Origin: Theionarchaea archaeon
GTDB lineage: Archaea > Methanobacteriota_B > Thermococci > Methanofastidiosales > SZ-28-30
Assembly (NCBI GenBank): GCA_018992685.1
Contig: JACVGT010000045.1
Span: forward strand, 1 to 21,883
Length of the DNA stretch: 21,883 nt
Direction: 5' to 3'
Part shown: positions 8,732 through 18,010 of the stretch, one piece after another
How the letters are laid out: every line of letters begins with the position of its first letter
Numbering within the stretch: position 1 is the stretch's first letter
Made by a program: the position numbers and the translations under genes
Notes under the pieces: generated by a model
The model's database searches: none
Told to the model about the DNA's origin: nothing
What the model saw: the letters and a program-made list of their open reading frames with translations, nothing else

Positions 8732-11149
8732 TTATTCATAATCAGCCTGTATGTCTGCCTTCTTGAGCCTGTTGGCATTGGAGACTACCGTGATGGAACT
8801 GGTGGCCATGGCAATCTCTGCAATAACAGGGTGCAGTAACCCCAGCATAGCAATGGGGATGGCAATCACATTGTATCCGAAGGCCCAGAACAGATTCTCC
8901 TTGATGTTCCTGAAGGTAGCCTTGGACAGCTTCAGTGCCCTGATCACTCCTGTCAAATCACCCTGAACCAAGGTTACGTCAGACGATTCAATGGCAATGT
9001 CTGTCCCCGTTCCAATGGCAAACCCAACGTCCGCTTGAGCCAGGGCAGGAGCATCATTAATCCCGTCTCCCACCATGGCAACAGTCCCCACCTCTTTCTG
9101 TAGCCTCATGATTTCACTGACCTTCTGATCCGGCAACACCTCAGCAAGCACTCTGTCAATCCCTACCTGTTTTGCAATGGCATCAGCAGTTCTCCTGTTG
9201 TCACCTGTTAGCATGGCAGTCTCAATCCCCATGGATTTGATGGCCGCGATGGCCTGGATGGAATCATCCTTTAGTGTGTCTGCCAGCGCCACCACACCAA
9301 TGGCTTCTTTCTCCAGAGCCACTATCATGGAAGTTTTCCCTTCAGATTCCAGTCTATCAGAATCAGCTTGAAATTTTGACACATCAATGTCGTGGTCTTC
9401 CATGAGCTTTTTATTTCCCACCAGAGCCTTCTTCTTTCCAATGGTAGCTACGACACCTTTGCCTGAGACAGCGCTAAAATCAACGATATCCTTCAGTGCA
9501 ATACTCATCTGGCGTGCCTTCTCCACCAATGCCTTCCCCAGTGGATGTTCAGAACCTGCCTCGACACTGGCTGCCACCTGCAGCACCTCATCCCCACCCA
9601 CAATATCTGTCACCTCTGGGGAGCCTTTGGTAATAGTCCCTGTCTTGTCAAACACAATGACAGCAATGTCCTGAAGCACCTGCATGGCCTCTCCTGACCT
9701 GATCAATATGCCATTCTGGGCTCCCAGTCCTGTGGACACCATGATAGACGTAGGAGTCGCCAGCCCCAGAGCACAGGGGCATGCAATCACCAGAACAGCA
9801 ACTGTGGCAAAAACTGCCAGCGTATAGACCCCTAACCCAGGATTGACCCAGGGTAAAACCTGAGAAGCCCTCACCCCGATTTCTCTCAAGACATCAGGCA
9901 CACTCATCCACAGGACAAACGATATAACAGCCAGGACCACCACGGTGGGAACAAAATAGCTGGTGACCCTGTCAGCAAACCTCTGGATGGGTACCTTGGA
10001 CCCCTGTGCCTCCTTGACCATTCTGATAACCTGGGACAGAAATGTGTCTTTACCCACTTTGGTTGCTCTCACCTTAAGTAACCCCATCTGGTTGACAGAT
10101 GCTCCAATGACCTCATCCCCCTCTCTCTTTGTCACAGGAAGTGATTCACCTGTAGCCATGGACTCATCCACTGCACTTTCACCTTCCACCACCACACCAT
10201 CAGTGGGTATTTTCTCACCCGGGCGCACCACCATGATATCTCTGGTTTCTACCTCTTCAATGGGTATTTCCTGCTCTTCCCCGTTCCTCACAACAGTTGC
10301 TGTCTTTGCACCTAACTCCAGCAGTTTCTTTATTGCCTGTGATGCTGTCCCCTTGGCTTTTGCCTCCACGTACCGCCCTGTCAAATGAAAGGCCATGATC
10401 ATTCCTGAGACACCTGCAAAACTCTCTAAAGGAGTGAGGAATGCCAGGAATCCTGTCACATATGACGCTGAGGTACCCATCAAGATCAGAACATCCATAT
10501 TGGCAGACCCATGCATCACCGACCTGAGAGCTGATACATAGGTATCCTTCCCTGCATAGAACAGGACAGGTGCAGCCAGAAGCAACATACCTGTATTCAT
10601 CACCTCCATGCTGGGAATGTGCCTCCCCAGAATCATGTGGGGAAGCATCCATGCCATAATAGGAATGGTGAAAGCCCAGGCAAGATACATCTTCCTTCTG
10701 GCAGCTCTAAATTTAGCTTCTTCAGTTTCCTCTTCCCGCGCTCCGATGACAGCAGTGTACCCTGCATTCTTTATGGTATTGATAATGTCTTTCTCCTCCA
10801 GGACGGGTACGTATTCAATATATGCTTTTTCTGATGCAAAATTAACATTGGCTTTCAGTATCCCTTCTGTATTGGAAAGTGCATGTGAAATGTTGACTGC
10901 ACAGGCAGCGCAGTGCATATCAGTGATAGAGGCTTCTGCTGTCTTCTTCTTGACATCATATCCTGCATCCTGGATTGTTTTGACTATCTGTGCTGGTGTT
11001 GTTTCCTGTGGATCATATTCTATAACTGCTTCCTCACTGGCGAAACTAACTGATGCGGTGACACCTTTGAGGTCATGTAATGCCTTTTCTATGGTCTGTG
11101 CGCAGTTGACACAGTGCATGCCTTCAATGGGCAACACAATTTTCCTCAT
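8732..11149 (-). CDS. copA: Copper-translocating P1B-type ATPase
   Basis: Two N-terminal HMA domains (GMHCVNC, DMHCAAC), [33 protein letters not shown] and MATSS, typical of Cu(I) P1B-1 pumps. Confidence 0.95.
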   Translation of the reverse strand: MRKIVLPIEGMHCVNCAQTIEKALHDLKGVTASVSFASEEAVIEYDPQETTPAQIVKTIQDAGYDVKKKTAEASITDMHCAACAVNISHALSNTEGILKANVNFASEKAYIEYVPVLEEKDIINTIKNAGYTAVIGAREEETEEAKFRAARRKMYLAWAFTIPIMAWMLPHMILGRHIPSMEVMNTGMLLLAAPVLFYAGKDTYVSALRSVMHGSANMDVLILMGTSASYVTGFLAFLTPLESFAGVSGMIMAFHLTGRYVEAKAKGTASQAIKKLLELGAKTATVVRNGEEQEIPIEEVETRDIMVVRPGEKIPTDGVVVEGESAVDESMATGESLPVTKREGDEVIGASVNQMGLLKVRATKVGKDTFLSQVIRMVKEAQGSKVPIQRFADRVTSYFVPTVVVLAVISFVLWMSVPDVLREIGVRASQVLPWVNPGLGVYTLAVFATVAVLVIACPCALGLATPTSIMVSTGLGAQNGILIRSGEAMQVLQDIAVIVFDKTGTITKGSPEVTDIVGGDEVLQVAASVEAGSEHPLGKALVEKARQMSIALKDIVDFSAVSGKGVVATIGKKKALVGNKKLMEDHDIDVSKFQADSDRLESEGKTSMIVALEKEAIGVVALADTLKDDSIQAIAAIKSMGIETAMLTGDNRRTADAIAKQVGIDRVLAEVLPDQKVSEIMRLQKEVGTVAMVGDGINDAPALAQADVGFAIGTGTDIAIESSDVTLVQGDLTGVIRALKLSKATFRNIKENLFWAFGYNVIAIPIAMLGLLHPVIAEIAMATSSITVVSNANRLKKADIQADYE

Positions 11150-11170
11150 GTCTTCCCATACGGGTGAAAA

Positions 11171-11178
11171 TATATAAA
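11171..11178 (-). promoter_or_regulatory. Putative copA TATA box
   Basis: TTTATATA on the minus strand about 22 nt upstream of the copA ATG, consistent with a leaderless or very short leader transcript. Confidence 0.5.
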
Positions 11179-11384
11179 CATTTCATCTAATTCTGAGAGG
11201 TTTCATTACAACATCTGTTATTTTCTAAAGTCCCAGGGTGATATTCAATCTCCTGGGTGGAGGGAGAGTCAAGGCAAGTCTTTTATAGTGAGGGGGACAA
11301 ACCCATACATGACTGGTCGAGCAGAACCGTGTGCTGCAGGGGTTCTGACAGCTCAGTCCTCTACACTGGGCCGATGTGATTTGT

Positions 11385-11828
11385 ATGAAGCTGTTGACTG
11401 AAAATGAACGCGTAATGGCATCCATTATCTTGATTTTCATTGTGTACTTTGGACTGGATTCTCTTCTTTCTTTGATAGTGGAAGATGAATCCTTTGTCAG
11501 GCAGAGGCTAACCTTTTCTTTTGTGGTAGGGACAGTTTCAGGATTAGTGTTCTATTTCATCAGTTCAAGATGGGGTCATGCATCGGGAACTGGTACCATT
11601 GACAGGAGCATGAACGTTCTGGGGAGAGCTCTGGGCGACGATGAAATGATGATTGTATCACTCATTAGGGATTCAGTGGGCATAACACAGGATTCAGTAA
11701 GGTTCAGGACAGGATTCTCAAAATCAAAGGTTTCTGCTCTTGTTTTAGAACTTGAAAAGAAAGGTATTATTCAAAGGGAAAGATCGGGGAAAACATACAA
11801 GTTATTCCTCGGAGAATGGCTCAAATAG
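11385..11828 (+). CDS. Membrane-anchored winged-helix (MarR-like HTH) transcriptional regulator
   Basis: Two N-terminal hydrophobic helices, then LGDDEMMIVSLI...GITQDSVRFRTGFSKSKVSALVLELEKKGIIQRERSGKTYKLFL (wHTH). Confidence 0.8.
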   Translation: MKLLTENERVMASIILIFIVYFGLDSLLSLIVEDESFVRQRLTFSFVVGTVSGLVFYFISSRWGHASGTGTIDRSMNVLGRALGDDEMMIVSLIRDSVGITQDSVRFRTGFSKSKVSALVLELEKKGIIQRERSGKTYKLFLGEWLK

Positions 11829-11845
11829 GGCGTGAAAAGACATGT

Positions 11846-11880
11846 TGGACGGTCCTGGACGATTTTGGATCGTTCCGGGT
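11846..11880 (+). repeat. Degenerate direct repeats with 10-bp period (TGGACGGTCC TGGACGATTT TGGATCGTTC CGGGT)
   Basis: TGGAC/TGGAC/TGGAT begin at 11846, 11856 and 11866, in the intergenic gap upstream of the repeat-protein gene. Confidence 0.55.
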
Positions 11881-11932
11881 GATCTGATAAAGGGAAAAGA
11901 TAACGGTCAGGTCAGCAAATTAGAAAGGGAAG

Positions 11933-12373
11933 GTGTGTGAATTCAAGCCAGGTGATACAATCAACAAGAATGTTGTGCTGTTAAGCATCGTGGCCTTGAC
12001 ACTCTTTGTCGGAGCTGCATACGCATATCCAGGAAGAGGTGGAGGCCAATCAAATGGACAGGGACTGAACTTCATTGATGAAGACAATGACGGTGTGTGT
12101 GACTATGCACAGAATGGTCAGTGTAACGGGTACGGAAATGGAGCTTTCATAGATGAAGACAATGATGGTGTGTGCGACCACTATCAATATGGTCATCGAC
12201 ACGGTTACCAGAACAGGCAGTTCGTAGACAGTGACAATGACGGTGTGTGTGACTATGCACAGAATGGTCGGTGTAATGGTTGCGGAAACGGAACTTTCGT
12301 AGATGAAGACAATGATGGTATATGTGACCATGCAGAGGCTGGCAACGGAAACCGTAGAGGTTCAGACAGATAG
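11933..12373 (+). CDS. Secreted small protein with four DxDxDG-Cys repeats
   Basis: Signal peptide NKNVVLLSIVALTLFVGAAYA, then four F(I/V)D(E/S)DNDG(V/I)CD units. The true start may be ATC11960 rather than GTG11933. Confidence 0.8.
   Translation: MCEFKPGDTINKNVVLLSIVALTLFVGAAYAYPGRGGGQSNGQGLNFIDEDNDGVCDYAQNGQCNGYGNGAFIDEDNDGVCDHYQYGHRHGYQNRQFVDSDNDGVCDYAQNGRCNGCGNGTFVDEDNDGICDHAEAGNGNRRGSDR
12071..12331 (+). repeat. Intragenic 75-bp tandem repeat (about 3.5 units, A-B-A-B' organisation)
   Basis: Units start at 12071, 12146, 12221 and 12296. Units 1 and 3 share GACAATGACGGTGTGTGTGACTATGCACAGAATGGTC; units 2 and 4 share GATGAAGACAATGATGGT...GACCA. Confidence 0.9.
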
Positions 12374-12399
12374 GCGGGCTTCCCCCGCCTTTTATTATT
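12372..12399 (+). terminator. GC-rich hairpin followed by a T-rich tract
   Basis: AGGCGGG-CTTCC-CCCGCCT, then TTTATTATT, immediately after the stop of the repeat-protein gene. Confidence 0.6.
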
Positions 12400-12409
12400 G
12401 GTGGTTTAG

Positions 12410-12760
12410 ATGAAAAAGGAGTATCTGGTATATATTGGATTTGCGGCAATAATGGTCCTCCTATTAGGAACCTTCTTGTATGACAGTGATACCTTATGGG
12501 GCCCCTGTGGAGGCGGATGGGGCGGGACAGGTCGAGGACATCATGGTATGTATCAGAGGGGGTTCTTTGGAGTAGGATTTTATGGGTTCGGATTCCTGTT
12601 CTGGGTTCTGGTGGCGTTTTTTGTCGTCCTGGTGTGGCTCAGCAGCAGGGGGAAAGACAGGGAAAATGAGGAAGAACATCTCACTATACTGAAGAGGAGG
12701 TATGCCAGAGGGGAGATCACAAGAGAGGAATTCAACAGGATGAGGGAGGAACTGAGATAG
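12410..12760 (+). CDS. SHOCT-domain membrane protein
   Basis: TM, Gly/His/Met/aromatic loop (CGGGWGGTGRGHHGMY), TM, then ILKRRYARGEITREEFNRMREEL (SHOCT). Confidence 0.85.
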   Translation: MKKEYLVYIGFAAIMVLLLGTFLYDSDTLWGPCGGGWGGTGRGHHGMYQRGFFGVGFYGFGFLFWVLVAFFVVLVWLSSRGKDRENEEEHLTILKRRYARGEITREEFNRMREELR

Positions 12761-13384
12761 GTGCATTCGGACAGTATATGGCATACGCCTTCCACGAAGA
12801 CCAAGGGCGATTACAGGTTTGCGGTTTTGTAGCAGAAAGATGCCACCCACCTAGAACTGCAGGACTATACAAGATTAAAATATAGTGTAGACACCATTGA
12901 TCAAGAATACTGCAGGAGAGCGATAGCATTATCCTGACCAATTCCTAATGGCAGATAGTGAAACAGTACTAATCTGTTTGAAACGGTCTATTCAGTAAGG
13001 GAATTCCTTCTAGATCAGATAGTCACTTGGTGCATTCAATCATTGGATTAATATGAATGTATCTTTCTCATGTATTGATGAGAATTTGTTATACTCACGG
13101 TTCCCTACAGCGTCTTTGGTCACTGGCATCTCTTCTCTTGCCTGCTAGTATGAGAAATCCAGGCTTCTTGGTGACTGAATTTCCTGAGCAGGTTGAAGTT
13201 TCTTTTTATCAAGTCGCTTCTGATTTCTGTAACAGAGGTCTAAGTATTCTCACCAGAATTGAACTATTGGAATTCTGAAAGACGTATAGTGCTCGGTTCA
13301 TATTTGTTGTATAGAGCTTGCGAGAGACATAAAGTGTATGAGAATGAGAGATAGATTTAAAAGACCAGAAGATGAGATGACGTG

Positions 13385-14044
13385 ATGAAGGCTTTTGCTT
13401 TGCTGCTCATATTTCAGGTCATTGCATGTCTCGTGATGATAACCTTCATGACGTGGATAAAGAGGAAAAATTGGGAGAAAACCCCAACGACTGCACAAGA
13501 AAAAACAGTTATAGTCTTCATTCTTGAGAATATAGTAGATTTGAGAATTATTCTTATTTCAATTATTATTATTTTTTTCTTAATAGGGTTCATTCTCGAC
13601 AGATCAGACACGGTTGTGTGGAGTTTCTTTATTAGTGTAGAAATCTATGTTCTAATATCATTTATCTTCCTATGGAGATTAAAAAAGATACTGAGTGCAA
13701 AAATATCAATTGATGAAGCACGTATTAAGAGAGAAAACATATTCACGAAAAGCATCGTTTCTATCAGAAAAACCAAGTTTCTGCCATTTATTCCCGTATT
13801 GGTGGCGATCATCGTCTATCTAGTTCTTAACTTAGTAAAGCATCTGAGCCTTCTTCTTTCTCCTCATTCAGAATGGCAGGAAGAGATTACCCCAATTCTT
13901 CTCAGTCTTGTTGGACTTTCACTTGTTCATGGCTTCCTGGCGAGCTTGCCTTTTCTCGATGACCTGGTAAATCAGACAAGGAGAAAGAACGTAATTGATT
14001 CCTCAGACATTGTGGAGAGAAATAAACAAGATGAGAGCGGCTGA
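13385..14044 (+). CDS. Hypothetical multi-pass membrane protein
   Basis: About 220-aa ORF with roughly five hydrophobic segments, AT-rich codons and a TATA-like TTTAAAAG upstream. No recognisable motif. Confidence 0.65.
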   Translation: MKAFALLLIFQVIACLVMITFMTWIKRKNWEKTPTTAQEKTVIVFILENIVDLRIILISIIIIFFLIGFILDRSDTVVWSFFISVEIYVLISFIFLWRLKKILSAKISIDEARIKRENIFTKSIVSIRKTKFLPFIPVLVAIIVYLVLNLVKHLSLLLSPHSEWQEEITPILLSLVGLSLVHGFLASLPFLDDLVNQTRRKNVIDSSDIVERNKQDESG

Positions 14045-14235
14045 ACTCCCAAAGTACACTTCAGTTCTCCTCCTTCAGCGAGAACACCGGCAACACTTCT
14101 TTTTCCGGAGATCTGATGGGTCCAGAGCAATAGACGAGAACTCAGGCCCAGTGCCAAGGTCATAAAAAGAGGCTGTTAAGATGGAAGAAAGTATTATAAC
14201 TGATCAATAACAACAGGCGAGTGGTGGTGTCGAAC

Positions 14236-15390
14236 GTGAGAAAAGTCACAAGAGAAAAGAAAGTGCTTGTTGCATGTGTCTTGCTCAGCAGTGCATTGAT
14301 ACTTGCTGCTGCGGGATGGCGACTTGAGACGAGAGCATCTGGCACGTGGGCTGTTGGTTGTGAGATTGAAGGGCTTGATTTCTGTTACGTTGGTCTACAG
14401 GTAGAAGACACCAGGTATCTTGCTGATATAGGAATTGAGAATTCCCGGTTGTATACATCCCACGATGGCTGTATCTGGTCTGAGGTGGAAATCAGCGTTT
14501 TTGATGAGACTGTCGACAAATGGCGAAATGACTTGGCGTTGTTTAAGACCTTGGACAATAACCTTGGAATGGTATGGGTGGATACAGAACCAAGCGCAAA
14601 GAAGAAACCCCGAGCAGCCTATTTTCTGAGCACATTTGACGGTCAAGATTGGTCAGCCCCTGTCTTTCTGTTCTACAGAGAGAATTACTGCGTGGACCTT
14701 GTGGACGCAATGCCCTTTGACAATGGAGACCTACTCTTGCTCTGGAAGGAGCCAGTCTATCTTGAAATTAATGGAAAAAAGGCGAAAGGAACAGGATGCA
14801 ATGTGATATATTCAGCTCTTGTTACTGCCGAAGAAATCATTACTGTGCAGGTATTTGAAACTGACAGCCCCTCTTTTTGCTACACCAAAGGGTTCCATCT
14901 CATAATAGAAGGGGAACGCATCTGGTGTGTCTTTGATCATCGGACACCAAAATTCGAGGCATACTATAGAGTGTGGACTGAAGATGGAAAAACATGGAGC
15001 CAACCTGAGGAAATCTCACTTCCCACCTCTGAAGTAGACCAGATTTTCAAAACCGCGGAGCGAGACATTGCTGTTTTCGAATACCAGGTCGACGGTAACA
15101 ATGGATTCTTGTACAAATCCAGAGATTGGAAAACTTGGTCAAAGACGAAAATCTTCAACTCAAAAGAAATGATACGAGGTGCATATCTGAGCACGGATGA
15201 GAACGGGAATGATTGGGGACTCCTTCAAACGGAAAAAGGATTGTTTTTGATTGCTCCATCTGAGGAAAATTTCAGCGTATACGAGAGGACGACAGAGATG
15301 GTGGACATTTTCTATGGTGCATCTCTAGCTACTGGTGTCTTTTCTATAGTCCTGTTGGTTTGGGGGATTTGGAGCTCTTTTCGACCTTAA
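14236..15390 (+). CDS. Asp-box (BNR/sialidase-like) beta-propeller protein with N- and C-terminal TM helices
   Basis: TSHDGCIW, TFDGQDW, TEDGKTW, SRDWKTW. Clear paralog of 20311..21510. Start GTG14236 follows a GGTGGTGT SD-like site; TATA-like TATTATAA near 14192. Confidence 0.75.
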   Translation: MRKVTREKKVLVACVLLSSALILAAAGWRLETRASGTWAVGCEIEGLDFCYVGLQVEDTRYLADIGIENSRLYTSHDGCIWSEVEISVFDETVDKWRNDLALFKTLDNNLGMVWVDTEPSAKKKPRAAYFLSTFDGQDWSAPVFLFYRENYCVDLVDAMPFDNGDLLLLWKEPVYLEINGKKAKGTGCNVIYSALVTAEEIITVQVFETDSPSFCYTKGFHLIIEGERIWCVFDHRTPKFEAYYRVWTEDGKTWSQPEEISLPTSEVDQIFKTAERDIAVFEYQVDGNNGFLYKSRDWKTWSKTKIFNSKEMIRGAYLSTDENGNDWGLLQTEKGLFLIAPSEENFSVYERTTEMVDIFYGASLATGVFSIVLLVWGIWSSFRP

Positions 15391-15656
15391 ATTCCCTTGG
15401 TAAGTTCAAGATAGGGTCAAATTGATGAACCAGACGGTGTTCACTATGGAATGGAGATACAAAGACAAGTGGTGATTTAGCTGTGAGAAACTCGATTGCT
15501 CCCGTTACAGTAATTTCCTATATGTTGAATACTTCTTCTACCGGAAATTCCCTGCGCCGTTTGCTCCAATATAGTGGAGCGATGCTCTCCTGAATGGATC
15601 GTTTAAGGAAATACAACAAAAGCTATATTTGGGTATCCCTAAGAAGAAGTGATAGC

Positions 15657-16931
15657 ATGAGGAAAGGAATATCTCTATGTATCTTCATGGGTTGTCTGGC
15701 ATGCAGTTGTGTCATGCAGCACCATAGTGTCGAATGGCCTATGTTCATGTATGATCCTCAGCATACAGGCTATTCTCTTTCACGAATGCCTGAATCTTTG
15801 CGCCTCGTATGGCAATCCAAAGAATTTGACAGCTACATGAGTCATGTCATTGTATCTGAAGGAAGAGTAGTTGCAGTACTCGGAGACAGACATGTCATTT
15901 CGCTAGATATGACAGATGGATCTTTCCAATGGAATGTCGACGGAGATTTCGCAGCATATCCTGCAGCAGATAAGGGCGAGATATTCGTGGGTGTTTACGA
16001 TGGAATCCTCTGTCTGGATTCTGTCACAGGGGATCTGCTGTGGAAATATGAAGACAAAGGACTCCGTTACGTTAGTTCCCCTCCTACTATTGTTGGTGAT
16101 CATCTCTTTGTTGGTACAGGATGTGAATTTTTCCAACTCGTAGACGACTTCTCAGACACGGTAACAGATCCTTTTGAAGCGCAAGAAAGGATGCTTTGTA
16201 TTGACGTAGAGAGTGGGGAGATCATATGGGAGTTCCATGGAAAAGAGATAATCTATGATTCCCCAACATATTTTGACGGCCGAGTATTCATCCGCGAAGG
16301 GAGCAACATAGGTTGCCTGAATGCAGATACAGGAGAACTCATCTGGGAAAAAGACGTGGAAGTGGGTCATCATCTCTGTCTCTCAGATGATGGAAAAAAG
16401 ATCTTTCTCGAATCATATGGAGGAGTCTTGGAGTGTCTCAACAGTGACAGTGGTGAATCTTTGTGGCAATTTGACTGTGGAAGTTCAATCACTCTCCCTA
16501 TTGCTTCTGGATATGGGCATGTATTCTGTGGTTCTGAGGATGGGGTACTCTACTGTGTTGATTCTGACCGAGGGGACCTCATCTGGAAAAGAGAGTTGGG
16601 AAACTTCCCCAGCGCAGTGGGGAGAAGGCAGGTTAATATTCTTATCCTTGCTGATAAGAAAGTGGCAGTAGCTGCAGGAAAGACACTGTACATCCTGGAC
16701 GCCCGGTCAGGTAAGACTCTTGACTCCTACGCGGTTGAAACGTGGATAGATTCTATTGCCCTTTCTGATGGAATGCTCATCGTAAGCGAGGCGACTGGTC
16801 GTGTTTTATGCCTGGGATCATCTCAAGATTCCACATATCTGGCAGGGGTATTCATCCTTGCCATAGTAGCCATCATCGTGCTCTTGATACTTGTAAGGAA
16901 AAAAGGCGGAATATTCGAGAGAAAAGAATGA
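15657..16931 (+). CDS. PQQ-binding-like (BamB-like) beta-propeller surface protein with C-terminal anchor
   Basis: Cys-rich signal/lipoprotein-like N-terminus, WPMFMYDPQHTG, repeated C(L/I/V)(D/N)xx(T/S)GxxxW blades, SSPPTI, and a C-terminal TM plus RKK. Start ATG15657 after AAGTGA plus 4 nt. Confidence 0.85.
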   Translation: MRKGISLCIFMGCLACSCVMQHHSVEWPMFMYDPQHTGYSLSRMPESLRLVWQSKEFDSYMSHVIVSEGRVVAVLGDRHVISLDMTDGSFQWNVDGDFAAYPAADKGEIFVGVYDGILCLDSVTGDLLWKYEDKGLRYVSSPPTIVGDHLFVGTGCEFFQLVDDFSDTVTDPFEAQERMLCIDVESGEIIWEFHGKEIIYDSPTYFDGRVFIREGSNIGCLNADTGELIWEKDVEVGHHLCLSDDGKKIFLESYGGVLECLNSDSGESLWQFDCGSSITLPIASGYGHVFCGSEDGVLYCVDSDRGDLIWKRELGNFPSAVGRRQVNILILADKKVAVAAGKTLYILDARSGKTLDSYAVETWIDSIALSDGMLIVSEATGRVLCLGSSQDSTYLAGVFILAIVAIIVLLILVRKKGGIFERKE

Positions 16932-17033
16932 ATTCCCCATAGCTTGAGATTCAAGACAAGATACGCTAATCACCACGTAGCGGCGAATCATTCAAATGAG
17001 GGAACTGTGAAGCTCCAATGAAGCCATCACTCT

Positions 17034-17061
17034 CGACTATATTGACGCGACTGTATTGACG
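17034..17061 (+). repeat. 14-bp tandem duplication
   Basis: CGACTATATTGACG followed by CGACTGTATTGACG (one mismatch), intergenic. Confidence 0.7.
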
Positions 17062-17281
17062 CTGAAACTGAGACAAAGGCACGAACAAAGGAAATAACAA
17101 TAGCAGATGAACTGAGGTAGATATGCAGCAGAGAACGTGAAAAACACAAAAATGAGAAGGGAAGCTTATATATTGCTGATCGAAATAATGGTTATGTTAT
17201 CAGGAACCCATGCAATGCCAATGGTTCTTTATGCACACAATGTAATAGTGTGTAAAACGTGAAGTAAGACCAGGTGAGTGT

Positions 17282-17947
17282 ATGACGATCCAGCAGGAGA
17301 TTCTTAACGTTGTCGATGCCTTTTTGGATGGCAAGATAACACCAGAAGAAGCGGTCGCAAGAGCGAAAACCCTGATGAAAAGAGCGAGAGACCCATGTGA
17401 TGATCCACCCTCTGCTCTCACAACTATAGTAATCGGACTGGAACCCGACCCCCATGTGGAGAAGCCTGACCCTGAGGAAGTGAGGAAAGAGCTTCTTCTG
17501 GATAGGGAAGTATTAAGGCGCGGTGTTCCCTGCCCTGACAAAGAACAAACCAAAACAATGGATGCTTTTCTTTTCGCATATAAGGTTGGAAAATATGTTG
17601 TACGCTGTCATATCAAGAAAGATGAGAAAGGAAACCGAGTACTGGAATTCGTAGAAAAGTCTTGGGAAGGAGAACAGACATGCTACAGGCACGTACCTAT
17701 CCCTCTCAAGAAGACTGAACCACCTCCATCCAAAGAAGACATCGAAGAAAAGGAGAATGCATACAAATCCCAGAATATAACCAGAGAAAAGGCTCTCGAA
17801 TGGGTAATAGATCAACTGCAGAAAAAGGGTACGTATGAAACGTACCGTAGTCTCTTGAGGGTTTACTGGGTGCTCTTAAGACAGGATCAAAGCCATGAAC
17901 CAGACAGTGTTCTCTACGGAAAGGGGGACTACATGAATAAGTGGTGA
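17282..17947 (+). CDS. Hypothetical soluble protein (221 aa), unknown family
   Basis: SD AGGTGA plus 4 nt then ATG, plausible composition, and a paralogous fragment at 271..438. Confidence 0.75.
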   Translation: MTIQQEILNVVDAFLDGKITPEEAVARAKTLMKRARDPCDDPPSALTTIVIGLEPDPHVEKPDPEEVRKELLLDREVLRRGVPCPDKEQTKTMDAFLFAYKVGKYVVRCHIKKDEKGNRVLEFVEKSWEGEQTCYRHVPIPLKKTEPPPSKEDIEEKENAYKSQNITREKALEWVIDQLQKKGTYETYRSLLRVYWVLLRQDQSHEPDSVLYGKGDYMNKW

Positions 17948-18010
17948 CCCAGTCTGAATAACCTCTATTTCTTGCTGTTCCAGCATAAAAACCATACATA
18001 TCCAGCTTTT

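Noticed and set aside
1528-11177. Long antisense and alternate-frame ORFs (e.g. 1528..2214, 5693..6025, 9963..10388, 10608..11177)
   Set aside because: Shadows of well-supported genes, with no motifs or convincing independent signals.
12071-12331. Regularly spaced repeats considered as a CRISPR array or DGR template/variable repeats
   Set aside because: The units are in-frame 75-bp coding repeats with related spacers, differences are not adenine-specific, and no cas or reverse transcriptase gene is in the window.
12761-13381. Long spacer with short ORFs and small inverted repeats (AAACAG-N7-CTGTTT at 12961; TTCTCAT-N6-ATGAGAA at 13065)
   Set aside because: No recognisable protein motif, and such short inverted repeats are expected by chance. 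It may be decayed DNA but cannot be assigned.
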